Shown: one piece after another, positions 10,457 to 20,639 of the stretch
Layout: every line of letters begins with the position of its first letter
Position numbering within the stretch: position 1 is the first letter of the stretch
NCBI GenBank assembly: GCA_963727805.1
Contig: CAVSHF010000005.1
Coordinates: 1-64,000, forward strand
Direction of reading: 5' to 3'
DNA: 64,000 bases
Source: an uncultured Nitrospiraceae bacterium
GTDB lineage: Bacteria; Nitrospirota; Thermodesulfovibrionia; Thermodesulfovibrionales; Dissulfurispiraceae
Notes under the pieces: generated by a model
Databases searched by the model: none
Told to the model about the DNA's origin: nothing
Seen by the model: only the letters and a program-made list of their open reading frames with translations
Made by a program: the position numbers and the translations under genes

Positions 10457-12001
10457 ATGTCCACCCCGACCATAACCATGCAAAAGACGAGAGAGATATT
10501 AAGACTACACTTCGACCTGAAGCTACCCAAGCGGCAGATTGCCCGCTGTGTGAAGGTTTCGCACAGCACCGTCGTAAAGTATCTTGAGAAGGCGGAACAG
10601 GCGGCGATCACCTGGCCGCTGCCCTCTGATCTCGACGACACCGGACTTGAGCAATTGCTGTTCGGCAAGGAATCTGTTGCCCGGGATACAGTCCGGCCAC
10701 TTCCGGCAATGGATGAACTCCACAGGGAACTGAGGAAGAAGGGCGTAACGCTCTATCTCCTATGGCAGGAGTACAAAGAGAAGTACCCCGACGGGTATCA
10801 ATATACTCAGTTCTGCGAGCATTATCGGCGCTGGGCCGAGACCGTTGAAGTCAGCATGCGACAGGTTCATCGTGCAGGCGAAAAGCTCTTCCTGGACTTC
10901 GCGGGCAAAACCATCCCCATCATCAATCCCCTGACGACGGAAGTTTACGAAGCCCAGATCTTCGTCTCAGTACTTGGTGCCAGCAACTATACTTATGCCG
11001 AAGCGGTGCTGCGTCAAGACATCCCGTCCTGGATCAGCTGCAATATAAACGCCCTGGAGTTTATAGGTGGGGTCCCTATGATTATGGTGCCTGACAATCT
11101 CAAGGCTGCAGTGACTAGGGCCTGTCGATACGAGCCGGAACTGAACGCCACATACCAAGAGTTCTCCGCCCATTATGGCACAGTCATCATCCCTGCCAGA
11201 GCAGCAAAGCCAAAGGACAAAGCCAAGGGCGAATCAGCCGTGCTCGTTGTTACTCGATGGATACTTGCGGCCCTTAGAAACCGAACCTTCTTCAGCCTGC
11301 GCGAGTTGAATGAAGCAATCCGAGAGCTCCTTGAGCGACTCAACAATCGTCCCTTCAAAAAGCTGCCCGGATGCAGACGCGAGATGTTTGAGGCGATCGA
11401 CAAGCCGGCATTGAGACCGCTTCCACTGGAACGATACCAATATGCCCAGTGGAAGAAAGCCACCGTCAACATCGACCATCACATCGAGGTCGAAGGTCAC
11501 TGCTATAGCGTTCCTTATCAACTTGTTAGAAAGCAGGTTGACGTCAGGATGACTATGAATACAGTAGAGATTCTATTCAAATCCAGGCGAGTAGCCCTGC
11601 ATCAAAGAAGCTTCCAGAAGGGAGGCTTCACGACGATCGCAGAGCATAGACCCAAGTCCCATCAGCGTTATCTTGAGTGGTCGCCATCGAGGATCATCCA
11701 TTGGGCTGCAAGTACAGTAGGCCCGCATACTGCAGAACTGCTTGAACAGATCATGCTCGCCAGGCCGCATCCCGAACAGGGATACCGCTCATGCCTCGGA
11801 ATCATGAGACTTGGCAAACGATACTCTGCCGAGCGGCTTGAGGCCGCAGCTCAAAGGGCACTCCTTATCAGGTCGTTCTCATACAGAAGCGTTAACTCAA
11901 TCCTTGAGCATGGCATTGACCAGCTACCGATAACCGAAGACAAGGAGGTGACAGCTATCGTCTATCACGACAACATCAGGGGCAGCGATTACTACAACTG
12001 A
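10457..12001 (+). CDS. istA: IS21 transposase
   Basis: HRAGEKLFLDFAG, VPDNLK, KPKDKAKGE. Confidence 0.93.
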   Translation: MSTPTITMQKTREILRLHFDLKLPKRQIARCVKVSHSTVVKYLEKAEQAAITWPLPSDLDDTGLEQLLFGKESVARDTVRPLPAMDELHRELRKKGVTLYLLWQEYKEKYPDGYQYTQFCEHYRRWAETVEVSMRQVHRAGEKLFLDFAGKTIPIINPLTTEVYEAQIFVSVLGASNYTYAEAVLRQDIPSWISCNINALEFIGGVPMIMVPDNLKAAVTRACRYEPELNATYQEFSAHYGTVIIPARAAKPKDKAKGESAVLVVTRWILAALRNRTFFSLRELNEAIRELLERLNNRPFKKLPGCRREMFEAIDKPALRPLPLERYQYAQWKKATVNIDHHIEVEGHCYSVPYQLVRKQVDVRMTMNTVEILFKSRRVALHQRSFQKGGFTTIAEHRPKSHQRYLEWSPSRIIHWAASTVGPHTAELLEQIMLARPHPEQGYRSCLGIMRLGKRYSAERLEAAAQRALLIRSFSYRSVNSILEHGIDQLPITEDKEVTAIVYHDNIRGSDYYN

Positions 12002-12018
12002 ACAACACAAGGAGGTTT

Positions 12019-12771
12019 ATGAACAACCAGACAGTAGAGAAGCTCTACCATATGAAGTTGAGCGGAATGGTTACGGGCTTCAATGAGCAACGTGAGCAGC
12101 CCTCCATGACGGAGCTGTCCTTTGATGACCGCTTCGCCATGATCGTAGAAAGAGAGTGGCTGTACCGGGAAAACAGAAAACTCGCCATAAGGCTCAAGGC
12201 GGCGAAACTAAAAAGGCAAGCGACTATTGAGGACGTTGACTACAGGCACTCAAGGGGTCTCGACAAGTCTCTTATTCTCTCTTTGGCAAACTGCGAGTGG
12301 ATCAAGAACCACCACAACGTTATCATCACGGGGCCTACGGGCATTGGCAAGAGCTACCTCGCTGAAGCATTTGCACAAAAAGCCTGCCGTGAAGGAATGA
12401 CGGCAATCTACTACCGCTATCCACGGCTCTTCAGGGAGCTCGCAATAGCGAGAGGAGACGGCAGTTACCTGAAACTCTTGAACAAGATAGCCAAGACAGA
12501 GCTTCTCGTTATCGACGATTGGGGCTTATCTTCAATGAATGAGGCAGAGAGAAGGGACTTCCTGGAAGTCATAGAGGATCGGCACGGACTCAGATCAACG
12601 CTAATAACGAGCCAGTATCCTGTTTCAAAGTGGTTTGAGTTGATCGGAGAACCGACGCTGGCCGATGCCATACTCGATAGGATCATTCACGCTGCGCACA
12701 AGATCACGCTGAAGGGAGAGTCGATGCGGAAAAAGAAGCAAAACTTGACGCATCGCGACCACTCCGAGTAA
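12019..12771 (+). CDS. istB: IS21 helper ATPase
   Basis: GPTGIGKS, LLVIDDWG, ADAILDRI. Confidence 0.95.
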   Translation: MNNQTVEKLYHMKLSGMVTGFNEQREQPSMTELSFDDRFAMIVEREWLYRENRKLAIRLKAAKLKRQATIEDVDYRHSRGLDKSLILSLANCEWIKNHHNVIITGPTGIGKSYLAEAFAQKACREGMTAIYYRYPRLFRELAIARGDGSYLKLLNKIAKTELLVIDDWGLSSMNEAERRDFLEVIEDRHGLRSTLITSQYPVSKWFELIGEPTLADAILDRIIHAAHKITLKGESMRKKKQNLTHRDHSE

Positions 12772-13155
12772 TATGACTAACCCCAGTGCGACGACGTTCT
12801 CGCAGTGGTCGCCATCGACCGAAACAGCTGGTCGCCATCACCGAAATCCGCACACCTTGATCTGTATCGCTGAGCAATAAGGTGTACTCAAAGTACTGGT
12901 GGTTTCGATAAGTCGCAACTCCATGAAGAGTAGCCACAAAGTCGCATTTCTGCATGGAGAGTTCTGGTATCACTTGCATAGAAAACTATCGAAAGCTCGT
13001 TCTCGACTGCAACCTCTATCTAGGGCAATTAGCGTTTTTCAAATGTCACTAAGATCGCCGCTGGATAGAAAAGTGAAAAAAGCAATGGATGGTAAGCGAC
13101 AATTGGTCACATCGAGCAGGGACAGGCATTCACCCACGTCCCTGCTCGATGCACA

Positions 13156-13530
13156 TCAACAACCTTCAATCTTCTTCTTTTTGGCTGGCTTCCCTTTTAT
13201 AGTTTTCATATAAGCGACCATGTTTGTCATGTCCTGAGACTTTGTATCGAGGGCTTTACCCTTCAAAGCCATGACTACACAAGTGTTGATGGCTTCCTCC
13301 AAGGTCTTATGCTTTCCTCCCGGCGTCTGCCATTCTTTCTTCTCCCCCACGCCCTCCAATCCCTTGCCGGCTGGATGGCAGGTGTTGCATGATTTACCGG
13401 ATGTGCCTCCGCCTAGCTTCGGATCATTGAAAAGGGCCTTCCCCCTTTCTATGTCGCCTGCTGCAAAGCAAAATGACGCTATTAGGCTAAGAGCCACCAT
13501 AGCCATAAGCCCGATTTTAATGCCTTTCAT
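13156..13530 (-). CDS. Exported monoheme cytochrome c
   Basis: Signal peptide, GKALF, CNTCH. Confidence 0.85.
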   Translation of the reverse strand: MKGIKIGLMAMVALSLIASFCFAAGDIERGKALFNDPKLGGGTSGKSCNTCHPAGKGLEGVGEKKEWQTPGGKHKTLEEAINTCVVMALKGKALDTKSQDMTNMVAYMKTIKGKPAKKKKIEGC

Positions 13531-13568
13531 TTTTGTCACCTCCTTTCCTCTCGTCATGTGATCTGCGT

Positions 13569-15017
13569 CTATTCGCAGGCCCTGCCCTTAAGACTGAAGA
13601 AAAACTTGAGCGTATTTTTCACCTTGTCCGAAAAAATCTTCCCAGAAAAGTAGTTGCCCACAACCCTCTTGTTAATCTCAGCAAGGGTCGGATAGGGATG
13701 CACTGCACCGGCAAGGGCAGAGAGCTTTACTCCACCGTTCAGCGCAGCCACCCATTCACTAATAAGTTCCCCAGCATGGAGTCCGAGTATCTGCACGCCA
13801 AGCGGTTTATCCCTTTCATCGAGAATAAGCTTGATCCTGCCAAGTCCTTCTCCCTCAGTCAGGCCTCTGTCGTTCATTCTAAACTCCTCTGTCCATATAG
13901 AATACTTCAGTCCCGTCTCCTTGACCGCGTTCTCGTTCATTCCTATGCTCGCAAGCTCAGGATCTGTATAGGTGCACCAGGGGAGAAAAGTGTAGTTAAC
14001 CTTACGAGGCAGATGCAATATCGCATTCGTCAGTACTACGCCACCCTCATAGCCTGCTGCATGTGTGAACTGATATGTCCCGGTAACGTCCCCTGCGCCA
14101 AAGATATGTTTCTGTGTTGTTCTGAGTCTGCTGTCAAGCTTGAGTCCTTTGCCGTCGTAAGCAACCCCAGCATTTTCCAGCCCCAGCCCTTTGAGATTCG
14201 GCTCGCGTCCGAGGGCGACGAGGATCGCTTCGGCTCTGATTACCTCGTTAGTTCCGTCTTTAGATTTGATCGTAACCTCCCGCTCTGAGCCAAGGTCTTT
14301 GACGGAGAGGATGGTTGTATTGAGATAATACTTCACTCCTTCAGCAGCAAGTGTCTGCATCACGGCGTCAGCCATATCCCTATCCTCTTTGCCGAGGATC
14401 TGGCCGCTGCGCTGAATAACCGTAACGTCAGTGCCGAGTCTGCAAAATGCCTGCGCCATTTCGGTCGAGATGGGACCAGCGCCAAGCACAATCATCGACT
14501 TTGGCAAGCGATCAAGATAAAAGATATCTCTGTTGGTTAGAAATGGTGTCTGCTCAAGACCTTCAAACTTTGGAATTGCAGGTGATGAACCGGTAGCAAT
14601 GACCCAGTTCTTAGCTGTGATATCCTTCCCATTCAGATTAACGGTTCGTTCGTTCTTGAATGTGGCTACGCCGAATTCGACTTTTGCACCAAGTTCGCAG
14701 AATCTCTCCACAGAATCATGTTTTTGAATGGTTGCGATTACCGCCTTTATCCGGTTCGAGACATCCCTGAAATCAACAGGTCTTATCTCATGCCTTGGAA
14801 GACCAAAGCTGGTGGCGTTGTGCATGAGGTGATATACATGGGCTGTCTTTATCAATGTTTTGCTGGGGACGCAGCCATAATGAAGACAGTCGCCTCCGAG
14901 TTTGTCTTCTTTATCGATAAGTAGCGTCTTTGCACCGAACTGTGCCGCCCCTGCTGCAATCGTCAGCCCAGCAGACCCACCACCGATAATACCGATATCA
15001 TAATCGTTTAAAGACAT
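13569..15017 (-). CDS. Pyridine nucleotide-disulfide oxidoreductase (MerA/LpdA-like)
   Basis: GGGSAG, GGDCLHYGCVPSK, GAGDV, HPYPT. Confidence 0.9.
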   Translation of the reverse strand: MSLNDYDIGIIGGGSAGLTIAAGAAQFGAKTLLIDKEDKLGGDCLHYGCVPSKTLIKTAHVYHLMHNATSFGLPRHEIRPVDFRDVSNRIKAVIATIQKHDSVERFCELGAKVEFGVATFKNERTVNLNGKDITAKNWVIATGSSPAIPKFEGLEQTPFLTNRDIFYLDRLPKSMIVLGAGPISTEMAQAFCRLGTDVTVIQRSGQILGKEDRDMADAVMQTLAAEGVKYYLNTTILSVKDLGSEREVTIKSKDGTNEVIRAEAILVALGREPNLKGLGLENAGVAYDGKGLKLDSRLRTTQKHIFGAGDVTGTYQFTHAAGYEGGVVLTNAILHLPRKVNYTFLPWCTYTDPELASIGMNENAVKETGLKYSIWTEEFRMNDRGLTEGEGLGRIKLILDERDKPLGVQILGLHAGELISEWVAALNGGVKLSALAGAVHPYPTLAEINKRVVGNYFSGKIFSDKVKNTLKFFFSLKGRACE

Positions 15018-15218
15018 GGTACCCCCTTAGTTGTTTTCGATAAGGTTATCCGCTGAGAAGTGGGCAGCATACCACTTCTGTAACTCCTGATTACTTGTTA
15101 GGTAACGTCCTCCACCCCAAGACAGCCGACCGATTCAAACGAAGGCGCGAGAATCCACTGCTCGTGTCCATAATTTTCCAGTTCTCTTTTGCTATGACTC
15201 CGTACCTCCCTTGTCATT

Positions 15219-15941
15219 TCACTTATTCGATTTTGCATCACCATACTTCTTCTCTTTTCTGATCTTATAGATAGAAAGCATTTTCTTGACAACGAGAGGA
15301 AAGAGCCCCAGAAGCGCAAAGGAGATGATCAACCCCGGAGAAAGAATTCCAGAGAGCGAGTCGATCTTTGCTATTTCCTTACCTGCATTCACATATACTA
15401 CGGTCCCAGCCAACATTCCAATCTGAGAAACCCAGTAGAAGGTTCTAAGCGGCATCTTCGTGAGCCCCATAACAAGATTGATAAGCCAAAAAGGAAAGAT
15501 AGGGATCAATCGTAAAGTAAACAAGTAAAAATTTCCCTCCATCGCGATCCCCTCGTTGACCTCTTTGAGCTTGTCTCCAAACCTCCCCTGTACCCAGTCT
15601 CGTAAGACAAAACGAGATACGAAACACGCTAAGGTTGCACCGATTGTGCTTGAGAAGGAAACTACAATGGTGCCTATCAATAATCCGAAAAGCGCTCCCC
15701 CTGCAAGAGTCATGATTGCGGCACCTGGCAAAGATAATGACGTCACGAGGATATAGATAACCATATATGCCGAGATCACGATGAGGCGGTGATTGGCGTA
15801 GAGGACAGCCAAAGTCGCCTGAGACGCCTTGACATAAGAAAGGGTAAAATACTGTCCGAGGCCGAGCACCTTAAAGAGTACTGCCAGTCCGACCACGAGG
15901 GTTACAACTATTATCCTCTTTGTGATGTTTTTATTAATCAC
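15219..15941 (-). CDS. TVP38/TMEM64 (DedA-like) membrane protein
   Basis: LSLPGA, LRLIPIFPF, SQIGMLAGT. Confidence 0.88.
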   Translation of the reverse strand: MINKNITKRIIVVTLVVGLAVLFKVLGLGQYFTLSYVKASQATLAVLYANHRLIVISAYMVIYILVTSLSLPGAAIMTLAGGALFGLLIGTIVVSFSSTIGATLACFVSRFVLRDWVQGRFGDKLKEVNEGIAMEGNFYLFTLRLIPIFPFWLINLVMGLTKMPLRTFYWVSQIGMLAGTVVYVNAGKEIAKIDSLSGILSPGLIISFALLGLFPLVVKKMLSIYKIRKEKKYGDAKSNK

Positions 15942-15989
15942 TCTTTTTGCCTTGACCCCTCATGATCGGGTAATCCTGGGCCAACATTG

Positions 15990-16598
15990 TCAATGCCCCG
16001 CCGAGCTCCCCCACAACTCCTCAAGCCGGTGGTCACGACCGCACCTGCCACGGTAGTATTTATAGCGGATCGGGTTCTTCTTATAATAATGCTGATGGTA
16101 GTCCTCGGCGGGGTAGAACTCAGTCGCTTGCACGATCTCGGTAACAATTGGCTCCTTGAAGGGTTTGCTCTTCTCTAATGTCTCCTTCGACTTCATTGCC
16201 AACCGCTTCTGCTCCTCATTATGATAAAAAATAGCGCTGCGATACTGATGCCCCGTATCGCAGAACTGCCGGTCCTTGACAGTCGGATCGATATTGTGCC
16301 AAAACACGTTGAGGAGCTTATCATACGTCACTTTTGTAGGATCATAAACGACCTGAACTGATTCGGCGTGCCCAGTCCCGCCTGCGGATACTTCTTTGTA
16401 AGTAGGATTTTTTTTCTGACCGCCAGTGTAGCCCGATGTGACTGAAATAACACCCGGAATCTGGTCAAAGGGGTGCTCCATGCACCAAAAGCAGCCACCA
16501 GCGAAGGTTGCTTTCTCAAGATTCCGTTCCGCCATGACCATCGTCATGGTTAAAAGCGCCGCCGACAGTCCTATTACCAAGATAATGAGAGTTTTCAT
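15990..16598 (-). CDS. msrA: Peptide methionine sulfoxide reductase A (exported)
   Basis: FAGGCFWC, GYTGG, TGHAE, AEDYHQHY. Confidence 0.95.
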   Translation of the reverse strand: MKTLIILVIGLSAALLTMTMVMAERNLEKATFAGGCFWCMEHPFDQIPGVISVTSGYTGGQKKNPTYKEVSAGGTGHAESVQVVYDPTKVTYDKLLNVFWHNIDPTVKDRQFCDTGHQYRSAIFYHNEEQKRLAMKSKETLEKSKPFKEPIVTEIVQATEFYPAEDYHQHYYKKNPIRYKYYRGRCGRDHRLEELWGSSAGH

Positions 16599-16713
16599 AG
16601 TCGTTCCTCCTCAATAATTGTTACAAGTAAATGCTCTTCGAGCTGGGTTGCTATCAGACAGCTGTATTAATACTGGCGATTTCAACCCTGTTATTGAAAA
16701 TATGGTCATTTAA

Positions 16714-17010
16714 CTATTTAACTGTTCCGAGATAAGTACCAGCCTTCTTTAAGGCCCGTTCCATTTCCTCAATCGTAATCACTGCTGGATCATAATAGAC
16801 GGTGTTTATTTCTTTAAAGTATTGAAAGCCTTTTTCGACCCTCGTCACTCCCTTCAGCCCTTCCAGGGCCTCCTTGCCAACGTCAAATCATTTGACATAG
16901 AAGATCACCTCAGATGTTACAGCATCCAGTGCGAGGGAAACCCCATAACCTGGAATGAGGAACATCGCTAGAACAAAAAGAGTCAGAGACTGAACGATTC
17001 GCTTCTTCAT
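16714..17010 (-). CDS. Putative selenoprotein with HMA-like fold (in-frame TGA at codon 41)
   Basis: Signal peptide-FYVK-TGA-FDVGKEALEGLKGVTRVE...VYYDP; reading frame open on both sides; hairpin GCCCT-GGA-AGGGC 18 nt after the TGA. Confidence 0.65.
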
Positions 17011-17303
17011 ATCATCACCTTCCCTTCAGTTTACTCTCTAGCCACGTTGTGTCAAGTGCTCATAAGCTAATATCCATTCGCCGTGTTCGTTCAAACGAGG
17101 ACCAGTCTAATCGAACTTAACGATTGTGATCTGAATAAAACCATGCAGAACTTTAGCATCAAGAAAAATATCATGAGGAGCTTGGCAAATCAACGTACTA
17201 TGTCCAGAAGAATCAGATCCCGGTGAAACTCAAGCTCGAAAAATATAGCCTCATCTGTGGCAGCAACTTTTATCTTATCCATTGTCTTGATATACTTATA
17301 TTC

Positions 17304-17906
17304 ATGAAAAAGAATTATCTCATTCACTTGCTTATCGGCATCCTCCTTCCGTCAGTCATCATTATGAATGCCTGTTCACAGAATTCTGATCGGCCAGTAA
17401 CGAAGGTCTCTGACACCGCATCAACAGTAGTCTCCGCCAAGGATGCTGCCAATGATCCATGGAGAACCTACGTGAAACCATCTAAAGAAGAGTTGAAAAA
17501 GAAACTTACCCCAATGCAATACAAAGTGACTCAGGAAAAAGGCACGGAGCCGCCTTTCAGAAATGAATACGATGACAACAAGAAGGAAGGTATCTATGTC
17601 GATATCGTATCCGGGGAGCCGCTGTATAGTTCAATAGATAAATTTGATTCAGGAACAGGGTGGCCGAGTTTTACAAAGCCGCTCGAACCCGGCAACATAG
17701 TCGAAAGAGAAGATCGTGGGCTTTTTACGACGAGGACGGAAGTACGCAGCAAGCATGCCGACTCTCATCTTGGGCACGTTTTCACCGATGGTCCCAAGCC
17801 GACCGGATTGCGTTATTGCATGAACTCAGCGGCCCTACGCTTCATCCCTAAAAAGGATCTCGAAAAAGAGGGATACGGACAATACCTGCAACTGTTTCAA
17901 AAATAG
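17304..17906 (+). CDS. msrB: Peptide methionine sulfoxide reductase B (lipoprotein-like N-terminus)
   Basis: [29 protein letters not shown]. Confidence 0.95.
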   Translation: MKKNYLIHLLIGILLPSVIIMNACSQNSDRPVTKVSDTASTVVSAKDAANDPWRTYVKPSKEELKKKLTPMQYKVTQEKGTEPPFRNEYDDNKKEGIYVDIVSGEPLYSSIDKFDSGTGWPSFTKPLEPGNIVEREDRGLFTTRTEVRSKHADSHLGHVFTDGPKPTGLRYCMNSAALRFIPKKDLEKEGYGQYLQLFQK

Positions 17907-17951
17907 CCCCGAACCGCCTCTCGCCATATCTCCGACCAAACCACAAAACTC

Positions 17952-17995
17952 CTACTGAAAGTCTTTGATTTTACCAGTATCAGGAATTTGGTGAC
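17952..17995 (+). repeat. Type-B dispersed site
   Basis: CTACTGAAAGTCTTTGATTTTACCAGTATCAGGAATTTGGTGA. Confidence 0.8.
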
Positions 17996-18293
17996 AGCTG
18001 TTAGAAATATTGATTCTGTGCTTTCTTTAAACAGGGCAAGCCTGCATTCAAGGGTATGTTAGTTATAAACAGTCTGTATGATCAAATTTTCTGCATATAT
18101 CCCCAGCATGTTTACCGAACAACCTCTGTCTGGCTGCCTGTCCGAATGTGTTAGTTGCCGGCACTAAACATTCACACGAAATATCGAGACATACGTTTAC
18201 CCCACCTCTCTAAAGCATTTTTTTTTGAGTGCTTTGGGAGGCAATCAACGGTCAGAAGGACGCTTTCGCACGTATCAAATGCGTCAATTAACA

Positions 18294-18665
18294 TTAAAGG
18301 GTTTGCTTGATCGAAGTTACCGTAACTTCAAGGACACGAGTTAAAAAGGAGAATTTAGCCTTCATCATATCGAATTCTGCACCTGAGGATATGAATTTTG
18401 CAGTCCCCTCAATAAGGAAACCAGCACCAAGTCCTCTATGCCCATTTACTTCTTTACTCCCGACGGTGAGCAGAACTTTATTATTCTTAAGCACTTTCTT
18501 TTCAGTCTTTCTCATCGCATAAGCAGGAATGAGCAGCCTTCCGTCGTTTGGGATTACGAGATAGGTATTCCAGGTATTTACCACGTGCGCTTCATTATCA
18601 GCGCATGAAACTATAGAAACAACGCCTTCTTTACTTATTACCTCCAAAAACTTGTCTGTGAACAT
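18294..18665 (-). CDS. FMN-binding / pyridoxamine 5'-phosphate oxidase family protein
   Basis: EGVVSIVS, HVVNTWN, GFLIEGTA. Confidence 0.8.
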   Translation of the reverse strand: MFTDKFLEVISKEGVVSIVSCADNEAHVVNTWNTYLVIPNDGRLLIPAYAMRKTEKKVLKNNKVLLTVGSKEVNGHRGLGAGFLIEGTAKFISSGAEFDMMKAKFSFLTRVLEVTVTSIKQTL

Positions 18666-18803
18666 ATTCACGCTCCCCCCTGAAATTTTATTATGGATAT
18701 AATGTATCCATGATGTATAATATAATATGCTGAAAGAATAGTCAATACATTCTTTCATAAAAAAGTTATACTATTTTGCCGAAATCGTGAGAGGAGATAA
18801 TAG

Positions 18804-19292
18804 ATGCAATTCAGTGTTGGGGTTGAATATGCGTTTCATTCACTTTTTTACCTGGTTGATCTGCCTGAACACAAAACAATAGGAATCAGGGAAATAGCTA
18901 AGTTGCATGGAATTACCGAAACGTATCTCTCGAAGATTTTTGCAAAACTCAGAAAAGCTGGAATTGTCCGATCAGTTGCCGGTGTAAAGGGGGGCTACGA
19001 GTTAGCAAAAAGAGCGGAGGATGTCTCCTTTTGGGATATTATAGAGGCAATTGAAGGGACGTCTCATTTATTTCAATGTGCGGAGATTCGCAAGAAGAAC
19101 ATTTTTGTCACTGATCCCAGAATATATACGGATAAGTGTCCTTGCCTAATAAAGGTGGTCATACAGGAAGCAGAGGAGCTAATGCGAGACAAACTTAGGA
19201 AGAAGTCACTTCATTGGTTGTACAGACAAGTACATAAGGATTTTTCAGTGGAGAAAGAAAAAGCAATAGCTGGTTGGTTAAAAAAGTTATAA
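18804..19292 (+). CDS. Rrf2 family transcriptional regulator
   Basis: VEYAFH, YLSKIF..L.KAGIV.S..GVKGGY.LA; divergent from the FMN-binding gene. Confidence 0.9.
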   Translation: MQFSVGVEYAFHSLFYLVDLPEHKTIGIREIAKLHGITETYLSKIFAKLRKAGIVRSVAGVKGGYELAKRAEDVSFWDIIEAIEGTSHLFQCAEIRKKNIFVTDPRIYTDKCPCLIKVVIQEAEELMRDKLRKKSLHWLYRQVHKDFSVEKEKAIAGWLKKL

Positions 19293-19645
19293 CCTTTCAG
19301 CAATCGCTTCAACACGTAGCGGCTAGTTCATCATGTGTTAGTCATCAACTGCTCAGCGGAATGACGCTTATTCGGAATCGAGCCGGACACCTCAATGCGG
19401 CTAATGTAAGTATAGCGACATGGAAGCGATAGAACTATTCCGGGTGAAGTTTGAAGGGACTATCGATGATTTCCATTTCTACCCACCAGTGTAAAAAGGA
19501 TACCCTCCGGTGTTGCTTCCTGTGAGCAGGCATTAAGCGTCGAGAAATTTCCCGATACAAGGTTAGCAGGCGAAATCATCGAAAGTAAATAATCGTCCAC
19601 CATAGAGACTTCTTGGTGACATTGAGATACGACCACTGTGATGTG

Positions 19646-19705
19646 CTACTTAAAGTCATCGCCTCAGAGACACGGCATATCATACAAGCTTTCTTCCAGA
19701 AATCT
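19646..19705 (+). repeat. Type-A dispersed site
   Basis: CTACTTAAAGTC-N30-GCTTTCTTCCAGAAATC. Confidence 0.8.
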
Positions 19706-19864
19706 ATATTGAAGTTTTCTCCGATAAGGTGCGCTGTACACCTGATCATTGTCATCAGCATCCTATGCTCAAGACTGATGATTTCTGAAATAATCTGATA
19801 CTTTCGTGCCAGTCATAAAGATGCCATGCTTAACGAAAATTGTGATCTATGTTTTTTTGCCAAA

Positions 19865-19969
19865 TTAGTTCATGCAGTATCTACCTCGCTGAAGCACGAA
19901 GCCGAAAATAATGCCGTCTAGGATACCACTCGTCAACAATCTGTAATGCTCATGCTGGATTACCTCCAT
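19865..19969 (-). pseudogene. YeeE/YedE N-terminal fragment
   Basis: GIIFGFVLQRGRYCMN followed by a stop. Confidence 0.5.
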
Positions 19970-20154
19970 GTTGCATCTCCTTATTATTTCAATTCCGAGA
20001 CAGATAGCGAAGTGTGCTGCCAGATATTCACTTTTTTTAATTTGCATTACAAATTCCGTTAAGAAATCTTCATAATTTATTAATCTTCTCTTAATAAAGT
20101 CGCGCTATAATAGTTGGTAATAATTAGATTATAGTCTTGCTCTTAGAAAACTTG

Positions 20155-20240
20155 AGTGTTGAAAAAGGCTACCTACCCGCGAGGATAGGGCGCAAAGATA
20201 CGGGTCCCTCGGTATCGAAGGATTGCCGGTCTGCCATGAC
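20155..20240 (+). ncRNA. c-di-GMP-I (GEMM) riboswitch
   Basis: GGCTA-CCTACC-CGCGAG-GATAGG-GCGCAAAG...GGGTC...GATTGCCGGTCTGCC matches the GEMM-I pattern. Confidence 0.8.
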
Positions 20241-20263
20241 AATATTTCGATGCAGTTATGTAC

Positions 20264-20297
20264 GCCCGCTTCTTCGGACAAAGGAGCGGGCTTTTTT
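20264..20297 (+). terminator. Intrinsic terminator (riboswitch expression platform)
   Basis: GCCCGCTTCTT...AAGGAGCGGGC followed by T6. Confidence 0.85.
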
Positions 20298-20639
20298 GTA
20301 CCGATCAATCGTATAAAGCATTAGAAGCAGAGGCACAAGCCTAAGCTTTGTATAGCTTATAGCTTTGCTCGGAAAATCTCCTGTGAGTCCGATCTGTTTT
20401 GCACTTTTAGATGTCGAGTACTTTTCCAGTTTGATTAGCTGTCTGCATTGTTTCTTGAGGTGTCCGAATGGCAGATTCTAATGCAGTAAAAAAGAGCAAA
20501 CTCGGGATGAGATCTGGAAGATGTGCCGTAAATATCTTTTCCAGTCGTCATAAAAAGCTGGGATAGCAGTATGGATGAAACTTAAGATAATCTATATAAA
20601 ACAAAGGTGCGTGCGGCTTTGAAGCTTCGGCCCAAGAAC

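Larger units (their letters stand above)
10242..12852 (+). mobile_element. IS21 family element
   Basis: TGCGTATTTCGG...CCGAAATCCGCA termini, reiterated ATCGCGACCA sub-terminal repeats, istA-istB, apparent CAC duplication. Confidence 0.93.

Noticed and set aside
13569..15017. merA mercury resistance gene
   Set aside because: No C-terminal Cys-Cys pair, no N-terminal HMA domain and no mer operon.
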